Of a stretch of 64,000 bases of DNA, positions 20,485-29,456 are shown one piece after another. Source of the stretch: Gammaproteobacteria bacterium (lineage in GTDB: Bacteria; Pseudomonadota; Gammaproteobacteria; Eutrophobiales; Eutrophobiaceae); assembly GCA_965198875.1 (NCBI GenBank), contig CBDAPU010000001.1, positions 1,840,167-1,904,166 on the forward strand. The letters run 5' to 3'. The position numbers and the translations under genes are program-made. The notes under the pieces were generated by a model. The model ran no database searches, was not told the origin of the DNA, and saw nothing but the letters and a program-made list of their open reading frames with translations. How positions within the stretch are numbered: position 1 is the stretch's first letter; each line of letters starts with the position of its first letter.

Positions 20485-21411
20485 ATGAAAAAAATCGACC
20501 TGCGCTGTGGTGATGCACTGGAATTGTTTCAGGAAATAGAAGGCGAATCAGTTGATGTGGTTATTGCGGACCCGCCATATAATCTGGGAAAGGACTATGG
20601 CAACAACCATGACTCAAAAGCGTTTGAAGATTATTTGAAGTTCACGAGAAAATGGCTGTCCGAAGCCAAAAGAACATTAAAACCCACTGGTACTATATAT
20701 GTCTTTATGGGCGTCAGGTTTATATCATATCTCTATGACATTCTCGATAAAGAACTGGGCATGTTCTTTAACAGCTGGATAGTATGGCACTACACGCAGG
20801 GATTGGGGAAAACAAGGGGGTTCTCACCCAGGCATGATGATATTTTAATGTTTACAAAATCAGATAAGTTTATATTTAACCTGGATGACGTTCGTGTCCC
20901 GCAGAAATACTACCGCGCAAGGAATAACATGCGTGGCGCTAATCCCGGTGATGTCTGGAAATTTTCTCATGTTCATTACTGTAATTCTAACAGGCAAAAT
21001 CATCCTACTCAAAAACCGGAAGGTCTGATAGAAAGAATGGCATTGGCATCCAGCAATGAGGGCGGAGTGGTGCTTGATCCTTTTTCTGGCAGTGGGACAA
21101 CTTTGAGGGTATGCCAACAAGCCAAACGAATGGCTATAGGGTTTGAACTGAACCCCACTTATATGGAAATAACCCGTGCACGCCTTTCTGACAGGTTTAT
21201 TGGATTTGACAGTATTGACTCAAGAATGGAAAGGGTGCCAAACGACTTACGAAAACCTGAGATCAGAGATGAATATCTGGAAAATCATGTTAAATGGTTC
21301 TTGCACAATCATGAAAATGCCTTGGAAGTATTCCAGAAAGCTGTCAAGGAGAAATATGGCATTGACGTTGATACTGCTTCGATGAGTTCCGGTCAGATAG
21401 AGATGTTGTAG
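20485..21411 (+). CDS. Beta-class N6-adenine DNA methyltransferase, M.HpaI-like
   Basis: DPPYNLGKDYG, YTQGLGKTRGFSPRHDDILMF, HPTQKPE, LDPFSGSGTT. Confidence 0.9.
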   Translation: MKKIDLRCGDALELFQEIEGESVDVVIADPPYNLGKDYGNNHDSKAFEDYLKFTRKWLSEAKRTLKPTGTIYVFMGVRFISYLYDILDKELGMFFNSWIVWHYTQGLGKTRGFSPRHDDILMFTKSDKFIFNLDDVRVPQKYYRARNNMRGANPGDVWKFSHVHYCNSNRQNHPTQKPEGLIERMALASSNEGGVVLDPFSGSGTTLRVCQQAKRMAIGFELNPTYMEITRARLSDRFIGFDSIDSRMERVPNDLRKPEIRDEYLENHVKWFLHNHENALEVFQKAVKEKYGIDVDTASMSSGQIEML

Positions 21412-21498
21412 TTTATATGCTTGAGCAGGCTGATTTTTGAAATACGGATAGACTTGTGCATAGGTGGGAATTACATCCTTGATTTGTCAGATGAAAGA

Positions 21499-21555
21499 AT
21501 GTCATCGAGGCCAATGTGGCGGAGCTCGGCACGCTGGTGACGAGGATTGTGTAGG
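21499..21555 (+). repeat. 57-bp direct repeat copy 2 (orphaned FAH 3' end)
   Basis: Identical to 19617-19673 except CTG>CTC and GGT>GGC. Confidence 0.95.
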
Positions 21556-21651
21556 AAACTTTCATTAAGGTAAAAGTCGGACAGCCTTGTCAGGCTTTAC
21601 CCAACTTGAGATGATCAGATACTTCTTTTAAGTCAATTTTGAAACAGCTTT

Positions 21652-23439
21652 ATGCCAATGAACAACACAGATTGCAAAAAATGGACGTTCTTTGAATATC
21701 AAGAGGGAGAAACGCGACGGGATTCAGGCAGTGAGAAAAACTTCAGGGATTTGGATATACACGCCAGCCTGATCAGGGAATTGATCCAGAACTCTCTGGA
21801 TGCTGTCAGTGATAGCAGTAAGCCTGTTGAAATTAAAATACGCTTTACGGAGTCAGGCAAAAACGACTGTGCGCGGTATTTTCAAGATCTGGAACCGCAC
21901 TATAAGGCGAGCTTCGGGCAACCTCTGAAAATAGCTGAGAAGCTAAGGTTTCTAGTTTTAGAGGACTTTAATACAACGGGTCTTAAGGGAAAGAAACAAG
22001 ATGACTTTTTCCTGAAAGACAATATAAGAAGTGACAGTAACCGTTCCAGCGGCGGCAGTCATGGCATCGGTAAAATTGTGTTTTATCGGGCAAGCCGGAT
22101 CCGTACTTTTGTTGCTTTTTCTGTCTATGACAACGGCAGCGTCTTCAAAGCATGCTGTGACTTTAAGACGCATGAGATTGCAGGAACAGCGTTTAAGGAA
22201 GATGGGCGACTGGCACTGTGTCCTGAAAACGATGCCGGTTTTATGCAGACGCTTTTTGTCAGAACCAGGCAACAAAAAGGATTATCTATTGCCATTCCCT
22301 TGCCCGATACAGAGTTAAGCACGAAAGGTTTGGAACAGGCCATTACCAATGAGTATTACTACCCCTTGATCAATGAAAAATTGGTTGTTGCGCTTGGAGA
22401 TACCAAGAAAGCTATAAAAATTGACTCAAACTATATCCTTGAACAGGAAACAGCAAAGCGAGAATTAATATCCCATTACCACGCTTTATCGTCGGAAAAA
22501 TATCTACAGGTAAGCATTGGGGAAGCCTATACAAGCCCGGGCAGGGACGAACCTCTAAACCCGCAACAAAAACAAGACATCATCTCAAGGCTTGAAAATG
22601 ATGAGGAAGGGGTCGTCATTCGATTTGCGCTTTCCGTAAAACTTAAAAGTCGGCAGCGCGAAGAGGGCTATTTGGACCTGGCACTGTCCAGGAAAAAGGA
22701 CGAGAAAGATAAAGACAGCCATTTCGATTTTTGGCGGGAAAATTTACTGATCAAAGACGCTGCCGGGCGGAACAAAGGCTCATCAGACTACAACGCCATC
22801 GTACTCATCCACGGCCAAGACAATGCGTTGAGCCATCTGCTGCGCGAACTGGAAAACCCCTCTCATACCCGGTGGGAATACCGTAATCCAAACGATGAAG
22901 TTAAAAATCGGTACCGGAATATACTGCAATTAGTCCCCTTTATTACCCAACTGCCGAGCAAGGTTATACGTTCCGTTATGCAGGCGGGGGTTACTCTGGA
23001 CAGTAATTTCTTTAGCGATTTCTTTCCGGATACATCCGCCGACGGAAGAGCATCAGATCAGGGTCAGCCCTCCGGCAATACGGACGATAAAACGCCTGCC
23101 GATATTAAGGCCAACTCCAACTTTTATTATCGCGAGAATCGGAAAAACAACGGCTTTATTTTATCCCTGTCCGATAAAGGCAAGCGGAACGATTTTGCCA
23201 AAATAAGCATCACCATTGCCTACGGGACGAATAGAGGTAATTCATTCAAAAACTACGATACCCGGGATTTTGACTTGCGGGAAAATATAAAAATAGACCT
23301 CAAAGGCGGCCAGCAAATAGAAAAGCAGGCAAATCGCCTGCTGTGTCACATTAAGGATAAAGATGATTTCAAGGTGACCCTATCGGGTTTTGATCCAGAC
23401 CGGGAATTGAAGATAGACGCTAAAGAGGAAGCCGAATAA
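21652..23439 (+). CDS. GHKL (HATPase/MORC-like) ATPase domain protein, function unknown
   Basis: RELIQNSLDA (motif I), LEDFNTTGL (motif II variant), GGSHGIGK (motif III); AT-rich. Confidence 0.8.
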   Translation: MPMNNTDCKKWTFFEYQEGETRRDSGSEKNFRDLDIHASLIRELIQNSLDAVSDSSKPVEIKIRFTESGKNDCARYFQDLEPHYKASFGQPLKIAEKLRFLVLEDFNTTGLKGKKQDDFFLKDNIRSDSNRSSGGSHGIGKIVFYRASRIRTFVAFSVYDNGSVFKACCDFKTHEIAGTAFKEDGRLALCPENDAGFMQTLFVRTRQQKGLSIAIPLPDTELSTKGLEQAITNEYYYPLINEKLVVALGDTKKAIKIDSNYILEQETAKRELISHYHALSSEKYLQVSIGEAYTSPGRDEPLNPQQKQDIISRLENDEEGVVIRFALSVKLKSRQREEGYLDLALSRKKDEKDKDSHFDFWRENLLIKDAAGRNKGSSDYNAIVLIHGQDNALSHLLRELENPSHTRWEYRNPNDEVKNRYRNILQLVPFITQLPSKVIRSVMQAGVTLDSNFFSDFFPDTSADGRASDQGQPSGNTDDKTPADIKANSNFYYRENRKNNGFILSLSDKGKRNDFAKISITIAYGTNRGNSFKNYDTRDFDLRENIKIDLKGGQQIEKQANRLLCHIKDKDDFKVTLSGFDPDRELKIDAKEEAE

Positions 23440-24158
23440 TGAAGCGGACAATGGCGCCCGAGCAGAGGCGAAAATTTTTGCAAAAGAATATTGTTCTAAA
23501 CATAGAGGAAGTGAATGACCAACTATCGGTTAAGGTGCTGTTACATAATGTTCGCCAGCAAAATTATCCGGGCAATTCAAACATCATTCTGGAAGCCTAT
23601 AACAGAGTCGATATTGAACGGCTGCAACTGGGAAATGTGGCGGATTATCAAGAAGAAGAGCGGTCTCATAAGCTGCCTTTTGCGACACCGCTCAGATCGA
23701 AAATAAATTTCAGGTTAAAGATTATCGACCCGCACAGCTTCAAGCTATTGGGGTATGCCGAAAACTTAAAAGAAGAAAAGTACGCCACATCAATGCTGGA
23801 GATTGATACCGATAATGAGCGTGTCAAAAACATCTATAAAATCGATCTCGATAATCTGCAACATCCCGTTTTCCATCTTAACCCGCAACTGAAACCCGTT
23901 GCCGAGCAATTAAAGCCGCTGCTGGCTGAAATGGCCTTGAAAGACATATTGACCCACCTGCTCGCATCAGATCAAGATGAAGCCCTGGAAGACAACAAAT
24001 GGTTTCATTTTGCAAACAGGCTTCATCCCTACGATGAGACTGAAAAACAGCATGATGATGGCTACAACTCAGACTGGATAAACCGGGTTTTATGTGCATT
24101 TGCGGAGAAAAACAAACTGATAAAAACGCTGATCAGGGAGTACCGGGCGGATGGTTAA
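23439..24158 (+). CDS. Hypothetical protein, translationally coupled to the GHKL gene
   Basis: TAATG stop/start overlap; 239-aa ORF with the same AT-rich composition. Confidence 0.75.
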   Translation: MKRTMAPEQRRKFLQKNIVLNIEEVNDQLSVKVLLHNVRQQNYPGNSNIILEAYNRVDIERLQLGNVADYQEEERSHKLPFATPLRSKINFRLKIIDPHSFKLLGYAENLKEEKYATSMLEIDTDNERVKNIYKIDLDNLQHPVFHLNPQLKPVAEQLKPLLAEMALKDILTHLLASDQDEALEDNKWFHFANRLHPYDETEKQHDDGYNSDWINRVLCAFAEKNKLIKTLIREYRADG

Positions 24159-24861
24159 ATTAAGAAAGCTGACAGCGAAAGAAAGTGTGCAGTTTCAGAG
24201 TCTGTGTAAAGAGGATGCGCTGTTAGCCTGCAATCTGGATGCGGGGGATTTTGCAAGCGGGGAGATTTTAGCCGACATAGAAATTGACCCGGACAGGGAA
24301 TTTGACAATAAACTGCAACTGGGCGCTTATCTTTATGAGAAATTAGGCGGCGTATCATCGGTGGACAATGAGGTCTGGCATTTTCTGGTCATTGTCTACC
24401 ACAGGCAATTGCTGAAGAACGGGAAAATAGGGCAGACTGATCGATTTTATATTGACCCGCAAAAGCCATATTACCCTTTTACGCACCTGTTAAAACCGGT
24501 ATTTGATGTATACCGTTTTTATCACGACAAACAAACGCCGATCGACTTTTTGTTATTGAACCCGGTGAATGAATCCGGGCGGCTGTTTTTAGAAACCGTA
24601 AAGCGTCAGGACATAATGAAAAATGAAAATTTTATTCAGGCGAGCAGAAGCCTTTTTTACGATGAGGAGAATAAAAAAATAAAAACAGGCATAGAAGACG
24701 ACTTTCTAAGACTTATCGCTTTGCTGAAACAATATGAAAGAACCTATGATTTATACAGCATGCCCGCCGAGCGGATTCTAAAAAATCTCATTGCCAGGCA
24801 CGATCAGTTTCATAAATATAATCTTAATCCAACCTCGGGCAATACAGAAATTTCCGATTGA
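24151..24861 (+). CDS. Hypothetical protein, third gene of the GHKL module
   Basis: Start overlaps previous gene by 8 nt; 236 aa; W..L...Y..QL, HLL, QYERTYDLYSM segments look conserved. Confidence 0.75.
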   Translation: MVKLRKLTAKESVQFQSLCKEDALLACNLDAGDFASGEILADIEIDPDREFDNKLQLGAYLYEKLGGVSSVDNEVWHFLVIVYHRQLLKNGKIGQTDRFYIDPQKPYYPFTHLLKPVFDVYRFYHDKQTPIDFLLLNPVNESGRLFLETVKRQDIMKNENFIQASRSLFYDEENKKIKTGIEDDFLRLIALLKQYERTYDLYSMPAERILKNLIARHDQFHKYNLNPTSGNTEISD

Positions 24862-24869
24862 AGGCGAAG

Positions 24870-26144
24870 ATGACAAACAACATAAACAAACAACTCATCG
24901 ACAAGGCCATTGCCGGGATCGATCGCGACAGACTGGTAAAACTGGTGATGGACCTGGTGGATATTCCCAGCCCGACCGGCTATGAGGGCGATTGCGCCCG
25001 TGCCGTTCACAGCCTGCTGCAGGAAGCCGGCTTTGACGCCACCTTACAGCCGATCGGTGATGAGCGTTACAATGCCGTTGGCCGTCTGCAAGGTGCGGGC
25101 GGCGGCAAGTCGCTGATGTTCAATGGCCATCTGGACACCTCCTTCGGCCCGGAGCAGGCGCATCGCGGGCTCGGCTATCAGTGCAAGGCCACCTTGATCG
25201 ATGATGAATGGATCTACGGCATGGGCTCGTTCAACATGAAGAGCGCCATGGGCACCTATATCCTCGCCGTTGAGGCCATTCAAAAGGCCGGGATCACACT
25301 GGGGGGCGATGTCGTGATTGCCGCTGTCGCCGGTGAGATTGAGAAATCACCGGTCAATGAACACGAAGGCCGACAATACCAGGGCTATGGCGTGGGCACG
25401 AAATACGCCATCACCCACGGCGCCATTGCGGACTATTGCATTCTGGGGGAGCCGACCAATTTAATGCTCATCCCGCGCCATTGCGGCAGTTGCTGGATCA
25501 AGATCACAGTGCCCGGCCACCTGATCCACACCGCCTGGTCGGAGGTGGAGAGAAACGCCATCCATAAAGCGCGCAAGGTGCTGGACGCCATCCATGACTG
25601 GATCCCGGGGTATTGTGAGCGCAACACCCTTGCCGATGGTTTTCAGCCGAAGGTCAATCTCTCGGCCATTGAAGGCGGCTGGTCCTGGCGCGGGGCGCGC
25701 ACGCCGGATAACTGCGTGATCTACATGGATGTCCGCACCCTGCCGGATGCGCTGCCGCTGCTGGCCTATAACGAGGTACGCGAGATGATCGCCGCCCTCA
25801 TCGCCCGGGAGCCGGCGTTGCAGGGGACAAAGGTGGAGACCTTCATGACCACGCCGGGCGCCTCTATTGCCGATGATCATGCGCTCATCAAACACATCGT
25901 GCAGGCGCACACCGAGCAGCTGGGCGAGGCGCCGAAGATGGGCACGGAGGTGTGGATGTCGGATGCGGCGCACATGAACCGCTACGGCATACCGACGGTC
26001 AATTATGGCTCCGCCGGTCGTATTCGAACGGGCGGCGGCGGCTTCTCCACCCACCAGGGCGAGGCGGCGCACATTGGCGATATGCTCGACATCATCAAGG
26101 TCTATATTCAGTGCATCGTGCAGATCTGCGGCGTGGTGCAATGA
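24870..26144 (+). CDS. M20/ArgE-DapE family amidohydrolase with non-canonical metal ligands
   Basis: FNGHLDT, YGMGSFNMKS, AGEIE, GEPT, SDAAHM. Confidence 0.85.
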   Translation: MTNNINKQLIDKAIAGIDRDRLVKLVMDLVDIPSPTGYEGDCARAVHSLLQEAGFDATLQPIGDERYNAVGRLQGAGGGKSLMFNGHLDTSFGPEQAHRGLGYQCKATLIDDEWIYGMGSFNMKSAMGTYILAVEAIQKAGITLGGDVVIAAVAGEIEKSPVNEHEGRQYQGYGVGTKYAITHGAIADYCILGEPTNLMLIPRHCGSCWIKITVPGHLIHTAWSEVERNAIHKARKVLDAIHDWIPGYCERNTLADGFQPKVNLSAIEGGWSWRGARTPDNCVIYMDVRTLPDALPLLAYNEVREMIAALIAREPALQGTKVETFMTTPGASIADDHALIKHIVQAHTEQLGEAPKMGTEVWMSDAAHMNRYGIPTVNYGSAGRIRTGGGGFSTHQGEAAHIGDMLDIIKVYIQCIVQICGVVQ

Positions 26145-28549
26145 GCCCCGCTGCACCGATGGAGCCGCCGGAGGCCATCATCGACAGGGCAAGGCAGGGC
26201 GCCTGTCCGAGCGCCGAGGAGGCCCTCTCGCTGGCGGGGTATGCTGATCTCCCGTCTCTGACGGCGGCGGCCGCAGCAATCCGCGACTGTGGTCATGGCG
26301 CTTTGATCAGCTACTCGCCCAAGGTCTTTATTCCCCTCACTCGGCTCTGTCGTGACGTCTGTCATTACTGCACCTTCGCCCGCCCCCCGGCAAAGGGTGG
26401 GAAGGCGTATCTCACTGCCGATGAGGTGCTCGCCATCGCCCGTGCCGGCGCCGATGCCGGCTGCCATGAGGCGTTGTTTACCCTGGGCGATAGGCCGGAG
26501 CGGCGTTATCAGGCGGCGCGTGATGCGTTACAGGCCCTGGGGCATAAGAGCACCCTGTCCTATCTGGCCGAGATGGCGCAGCGGGTGTTGGATGAAACCG
26601 GTTTATTGCCGCATCTGAATGCGGGTGTTGTGGCGGCCGATGAGCTGCGTGCGCTTCGCAAGGCGTCCGTCTCCCAGGGGCTGATGCTGGAGAGCAGTGC
26701 ATCGCGCCTGTGCGATAAGGGACAGGTGCATTACGGCTCGCCCGATAAGGCGCCGGCAGTTAGAATCCAGAGCATTCATGACGCCGGCAGGGCACAGGTT
26801 CCTTTTACCTCCGGGATTTTAATCGGCATCGGCGAGAGCCGACGCGAGCGCATTGCATCCCTGCTCACCCTGCGCGAACTGCATGAGACCCACGGCCATA
26901 TACAGGAGATCATCATTCAGCGCTTTCGCCGCAAGGCGGATACGAAAATGCACAGCGCGCCGGAGCCGACCCTGGATGAGTTGTTGTGGACGATTGCCAT
27001 AGCGCGGATCATCTTCGGCGCCGGCATGAACCTTCAGGCGCCGCCGAATCTCTCTCCCACCGCCCTGCCGCAGTTGATTCAGGCGGGGATCAACGACTGG
27101 GGCGGGATCTCGCCAGTGACGGCGGATCATGTGAACCCGGAGGCGCCCTGGCCAAGCCTTGCCAGCCTGACCGAGGCCACTGCATTAACCGGTAAGCAAC
27201 TGCTGGCGCGCCTGCCCCTGTACCCGCAGTACATCCATGCCATGGATACCTGGCTTGAGCCGGAGTTGCAACAACACGTACTGCGCCGCATCGATGCGGG
27301 TGGCTACGCCAGAGACGATCCCTGGTCGCCCGGCGTCTCTGCACCCCCGCCGCTGATCAGGCCGCAAAGCCCGGCCCTGCCCCTGGTGAAAAGTCCGCTA
27401 TCGGTGTTCATTGACAAGGCGGCGAGCGGGCGCCGACTACAGGAGCGGGAGATTGCCGCGTTATTCCTTGCGCGCGGCCGGGACTATGAGCGGATCCGTC
27501 AGGCCGCCGATGCCCTGCGCGCACAAATAAACGGCGATGTGGTGAGTTATGTCGTCAATCGCAACATCAACTACACCAACATCTGCCACTTCGGCTGTGG
27601 CTTTTGCGCCTTTTCAAAGGGGCGGGTGGCGGAGCGCTTGAGGGCGCGCGGCTATAAGCTGTCGCTGGATGAGATAGGGCAACGCAGCCGTGAGGCCTGG
27701 GAAGGCGGGGCCACGGAAGTATGCCTGCAAGGGGGCATTCATCCTGAGTACACGGGCGAGACCTATCTGGCCATTGTGCGGGCGGTGAAACAGGCGGCGC
27801 CGGACATACATGTCCATGCCTTCTCGCCACTGGAGATCAGGCACGGCGCAGAAACACTGGGCCTGTCGGTGGCGACGTATCTGGCGCAATTAAAACAGGC
27901 GGGGCTCGGCACGCTGCCCGGCACGGCGGCGGAGATCCTGGACGATGAGGTGCGGGATGTACTGTGCGCTGACAAACTCAACACCCGGGAATGGCTGCAT
28001 GTCATCGGCAGCGCCCATCAGGCGGGATTAAAAACCACCGCCACCATCATGTATGGCCATGTAGAGCAGCCCGTGCATTGGGCCAGGCACCTCTTGCATG
28101 TGCGTGATCTGCAGGAGCGCACTGGTGGCTTTACCGAGTTTGTCCCCCTGCCGTTTGTGCACATGGAGGCGCCGATCTATCGCCAGGGCAGGGCGCGCCG
28201 GGGGCCTACTTTTCGAGAGGCGATTCTCATGCACGCCATCGCCAGGCTGGTGCTCTATCCGCACATTAGCAACATCCAGGCGTCCTGGGTGAAGATGGGG
28301 ATTGAGGGCGTCAAGGTATGCCTGCAATCGGGGGTGAATGATCTGGGCGGCACCTTGATGAACGAGAGCATCAGCCGTGCCGCCGGCGCCGCCCACGGGC
28401 AGGAATTCACCGCAGCGGCCATGCAGGCGCTGATTCATTCGGTGAACAAAGTGCCGCAGCAGCGAACCACGCTTTATGAAGCCCTTGCTCCGGCCGCCGC
28501 CTTCACCACAGCAGATAGCGAGACAGCGTTGTCGTTTATGTCTGTTTGA
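26141..28549 (+). CDS. fbiC: Bifunctional FO synthase (CofG-CofH fusion)
   Basis: Two radical-SAM motifs CRDVCHYC and CHFGCGFC; QAPPNL, NDWGG, NIQASWVK, NDLGGTLMNESISRAAGA; ATGA overlap with M20 gene. Confidence 0.93.
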   Translation: MSPAAPMEPPEAIIDRARQGACPSAEEALSLAGYADLPSLTAAAAAIRDCGHGALISYSPKVFIPLTRLCRDVCHYCTFARPPAKGGKAYLTADEVLAIARAGADAGCHEALFTLGDRPERRYQAARDALQALGHKSTLSYLAEMAQRVLDETGLLPHLNAGVVAADELRALRKASVSQGLMLESSASRLCDKGQVHYGSPDKAPAVRIQSIHDAGRAQVPFTSGILIGIGESRRERIASLLTLRELHETHGHIQEIIIQRFRRKADTKMHSAPEPTLDELLWTIAIARIIFGAGMNLQAPPNLSPTALPQLIQAGINDWGGISPVTADHVNPEAPWPSLASLTEATALTGKQLLARLPLYPQYIHAMDTWLEPELQQHVLRRIDAGGYARDDPWSPGVSAPPPLIRPQSPALPLVKSPLSVFIDKAASGRRLQEREIAALFLARGRDYERIRQAADALRAQINGDVVSYVVNRNINYTNICHFGCGFCAFSKGRVAERLRARGYKLSLDEIGQRSREAWEGGATEVCLQGGIHPEYTGETYLAIVRAVKQAAPDIHVHAFSPLEIRHGAETLGLSVATYLAQLKQAGLGTLPGTAAEILDDEVRDVLCADKLNTREWLHVIGSAHQAGLKTTATIMYGHVEQPVHWARHLLHVRDLQERTGGFTEFVPLPFVHMEAPIYRQGRARRGPTFREAILMHAIARLVLYPHISNIQASWVKMGIEGVKVCLQSGVNDLGGTLMNESISRAAGAAHGQEFTAAAMQALIHSVNKVPQQRTTLYEALAPAAAFTTADSETALSFMSV

Positions 28550-28605
28550 TTTATGGTGTTGATGAACAGGCAAATTTAATTTTTCAGATATAAGGAGGGA
28601 TTGGC

Positions 28606-29445
28606 ATGATCATGCTAAAAGACATCTGGCCGTGGCCGGTTGATAAGCAGAAAGAATACAAAGTCCATCTGGCACAAAAATCCGGCAGAACCGGGTTTGA
28701 ACCCCTGGATGTCTGGGTAGAAAGCGCAGATAAATGGCGAGCATGTCAGGAAGACACATTTTCAAAGGATGTCTTTAATCGCCCGTATATTTTTGCACTA
28801 ATGGACTGTTACCATCAAGCCAATGCCGGGCTGTGGCTGTTCGGCGGCATATTCAAGGTGCTGCACCGAACTCACAATCCAGGCAAGGTCCACTACGATG
28901 TCGAACTGACCGAATTTGGGCAAGACTTCATTGGCCGTCTGAAAATTCACTCACCTTATAAGTCCCGCCAGACCTACTTAAAGATGGAAGGGCTATACGA
29001 TGGGTTTGAAGTCAGGGAAATATTGCCTGAGCGCTATTCAGGCCAAACATTCCCCGGGTTTAGAAAAATCAATCTACCGTTCGCTGAGCTGGCAGGGCTG
29101 ATTAAAAAAGACAAACTTGACTGGAAAGCGGCGCTGGAAAACGTGAAGGGGATCTACCTGCTGACTGATAAAAAGTCCAATAAACGCTACGTCGGCGCTG
29201 CGTATGGTGAGGATGGGGTCTGGAAGCGCTGGGGGGAGTATGCCAACGGAGACGGCGGCGGCAATAAAGGAATGAAAGCGCTGCTTAAAGACAAAGACCC
29301 GAATTATTTTCGGGAGAATTTTCAAATTGCCCTGCTGGAGCACTGGCCCTTCAATACCTCAGATGATGAGATTATAGCCCGAGAAAACCATTGGAAGGAG
29401 GTGCTCAGAAGCCGTGTCGAGGAGGGCGGGCTGAATCGAAACTAG
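28606..29445 (+). CDS. GIY-YIG nuclease family protein
   Basis: KGIYLLTD..KRYVGAAYG..GVWKRW.EY...IIARENHWK...LNRN; AT-richer than flanks. Confidence 0.85.
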   Translation: MIMLKDIWPWPVDKQKEYKVHLAQKSGRTGFEPLDVWVESADKWRACQEDTFSKDVFNRPYIFALMDCYHQANAGLWLFGGIFKVLHRTHNPGKVHYDVELTEFGQDFIGRLKIHSPYKSRQTYLKMEGLYDGFEVREILPERYSGQTFPGFRKINLPFAELAGLIKKDKLDWKAALENVKGIYLLTDKKSNKRYVGAAYGEDGVWKRWGEYANGDGGGNKGMKALLKDKDPNYFRENFQIALLEHWPFNTSDDEIIARENHWKEVLRSRVEEGGLNRN

Positions 29446-29456
29446 CGACCCCAACC

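Noticed and set aside
25952-26140. N-terminal extension of FbiC in the ORF track
   Set aside because: It overlaps the M20 gene; the ATGA-coupled start at 26141 is more plausible.
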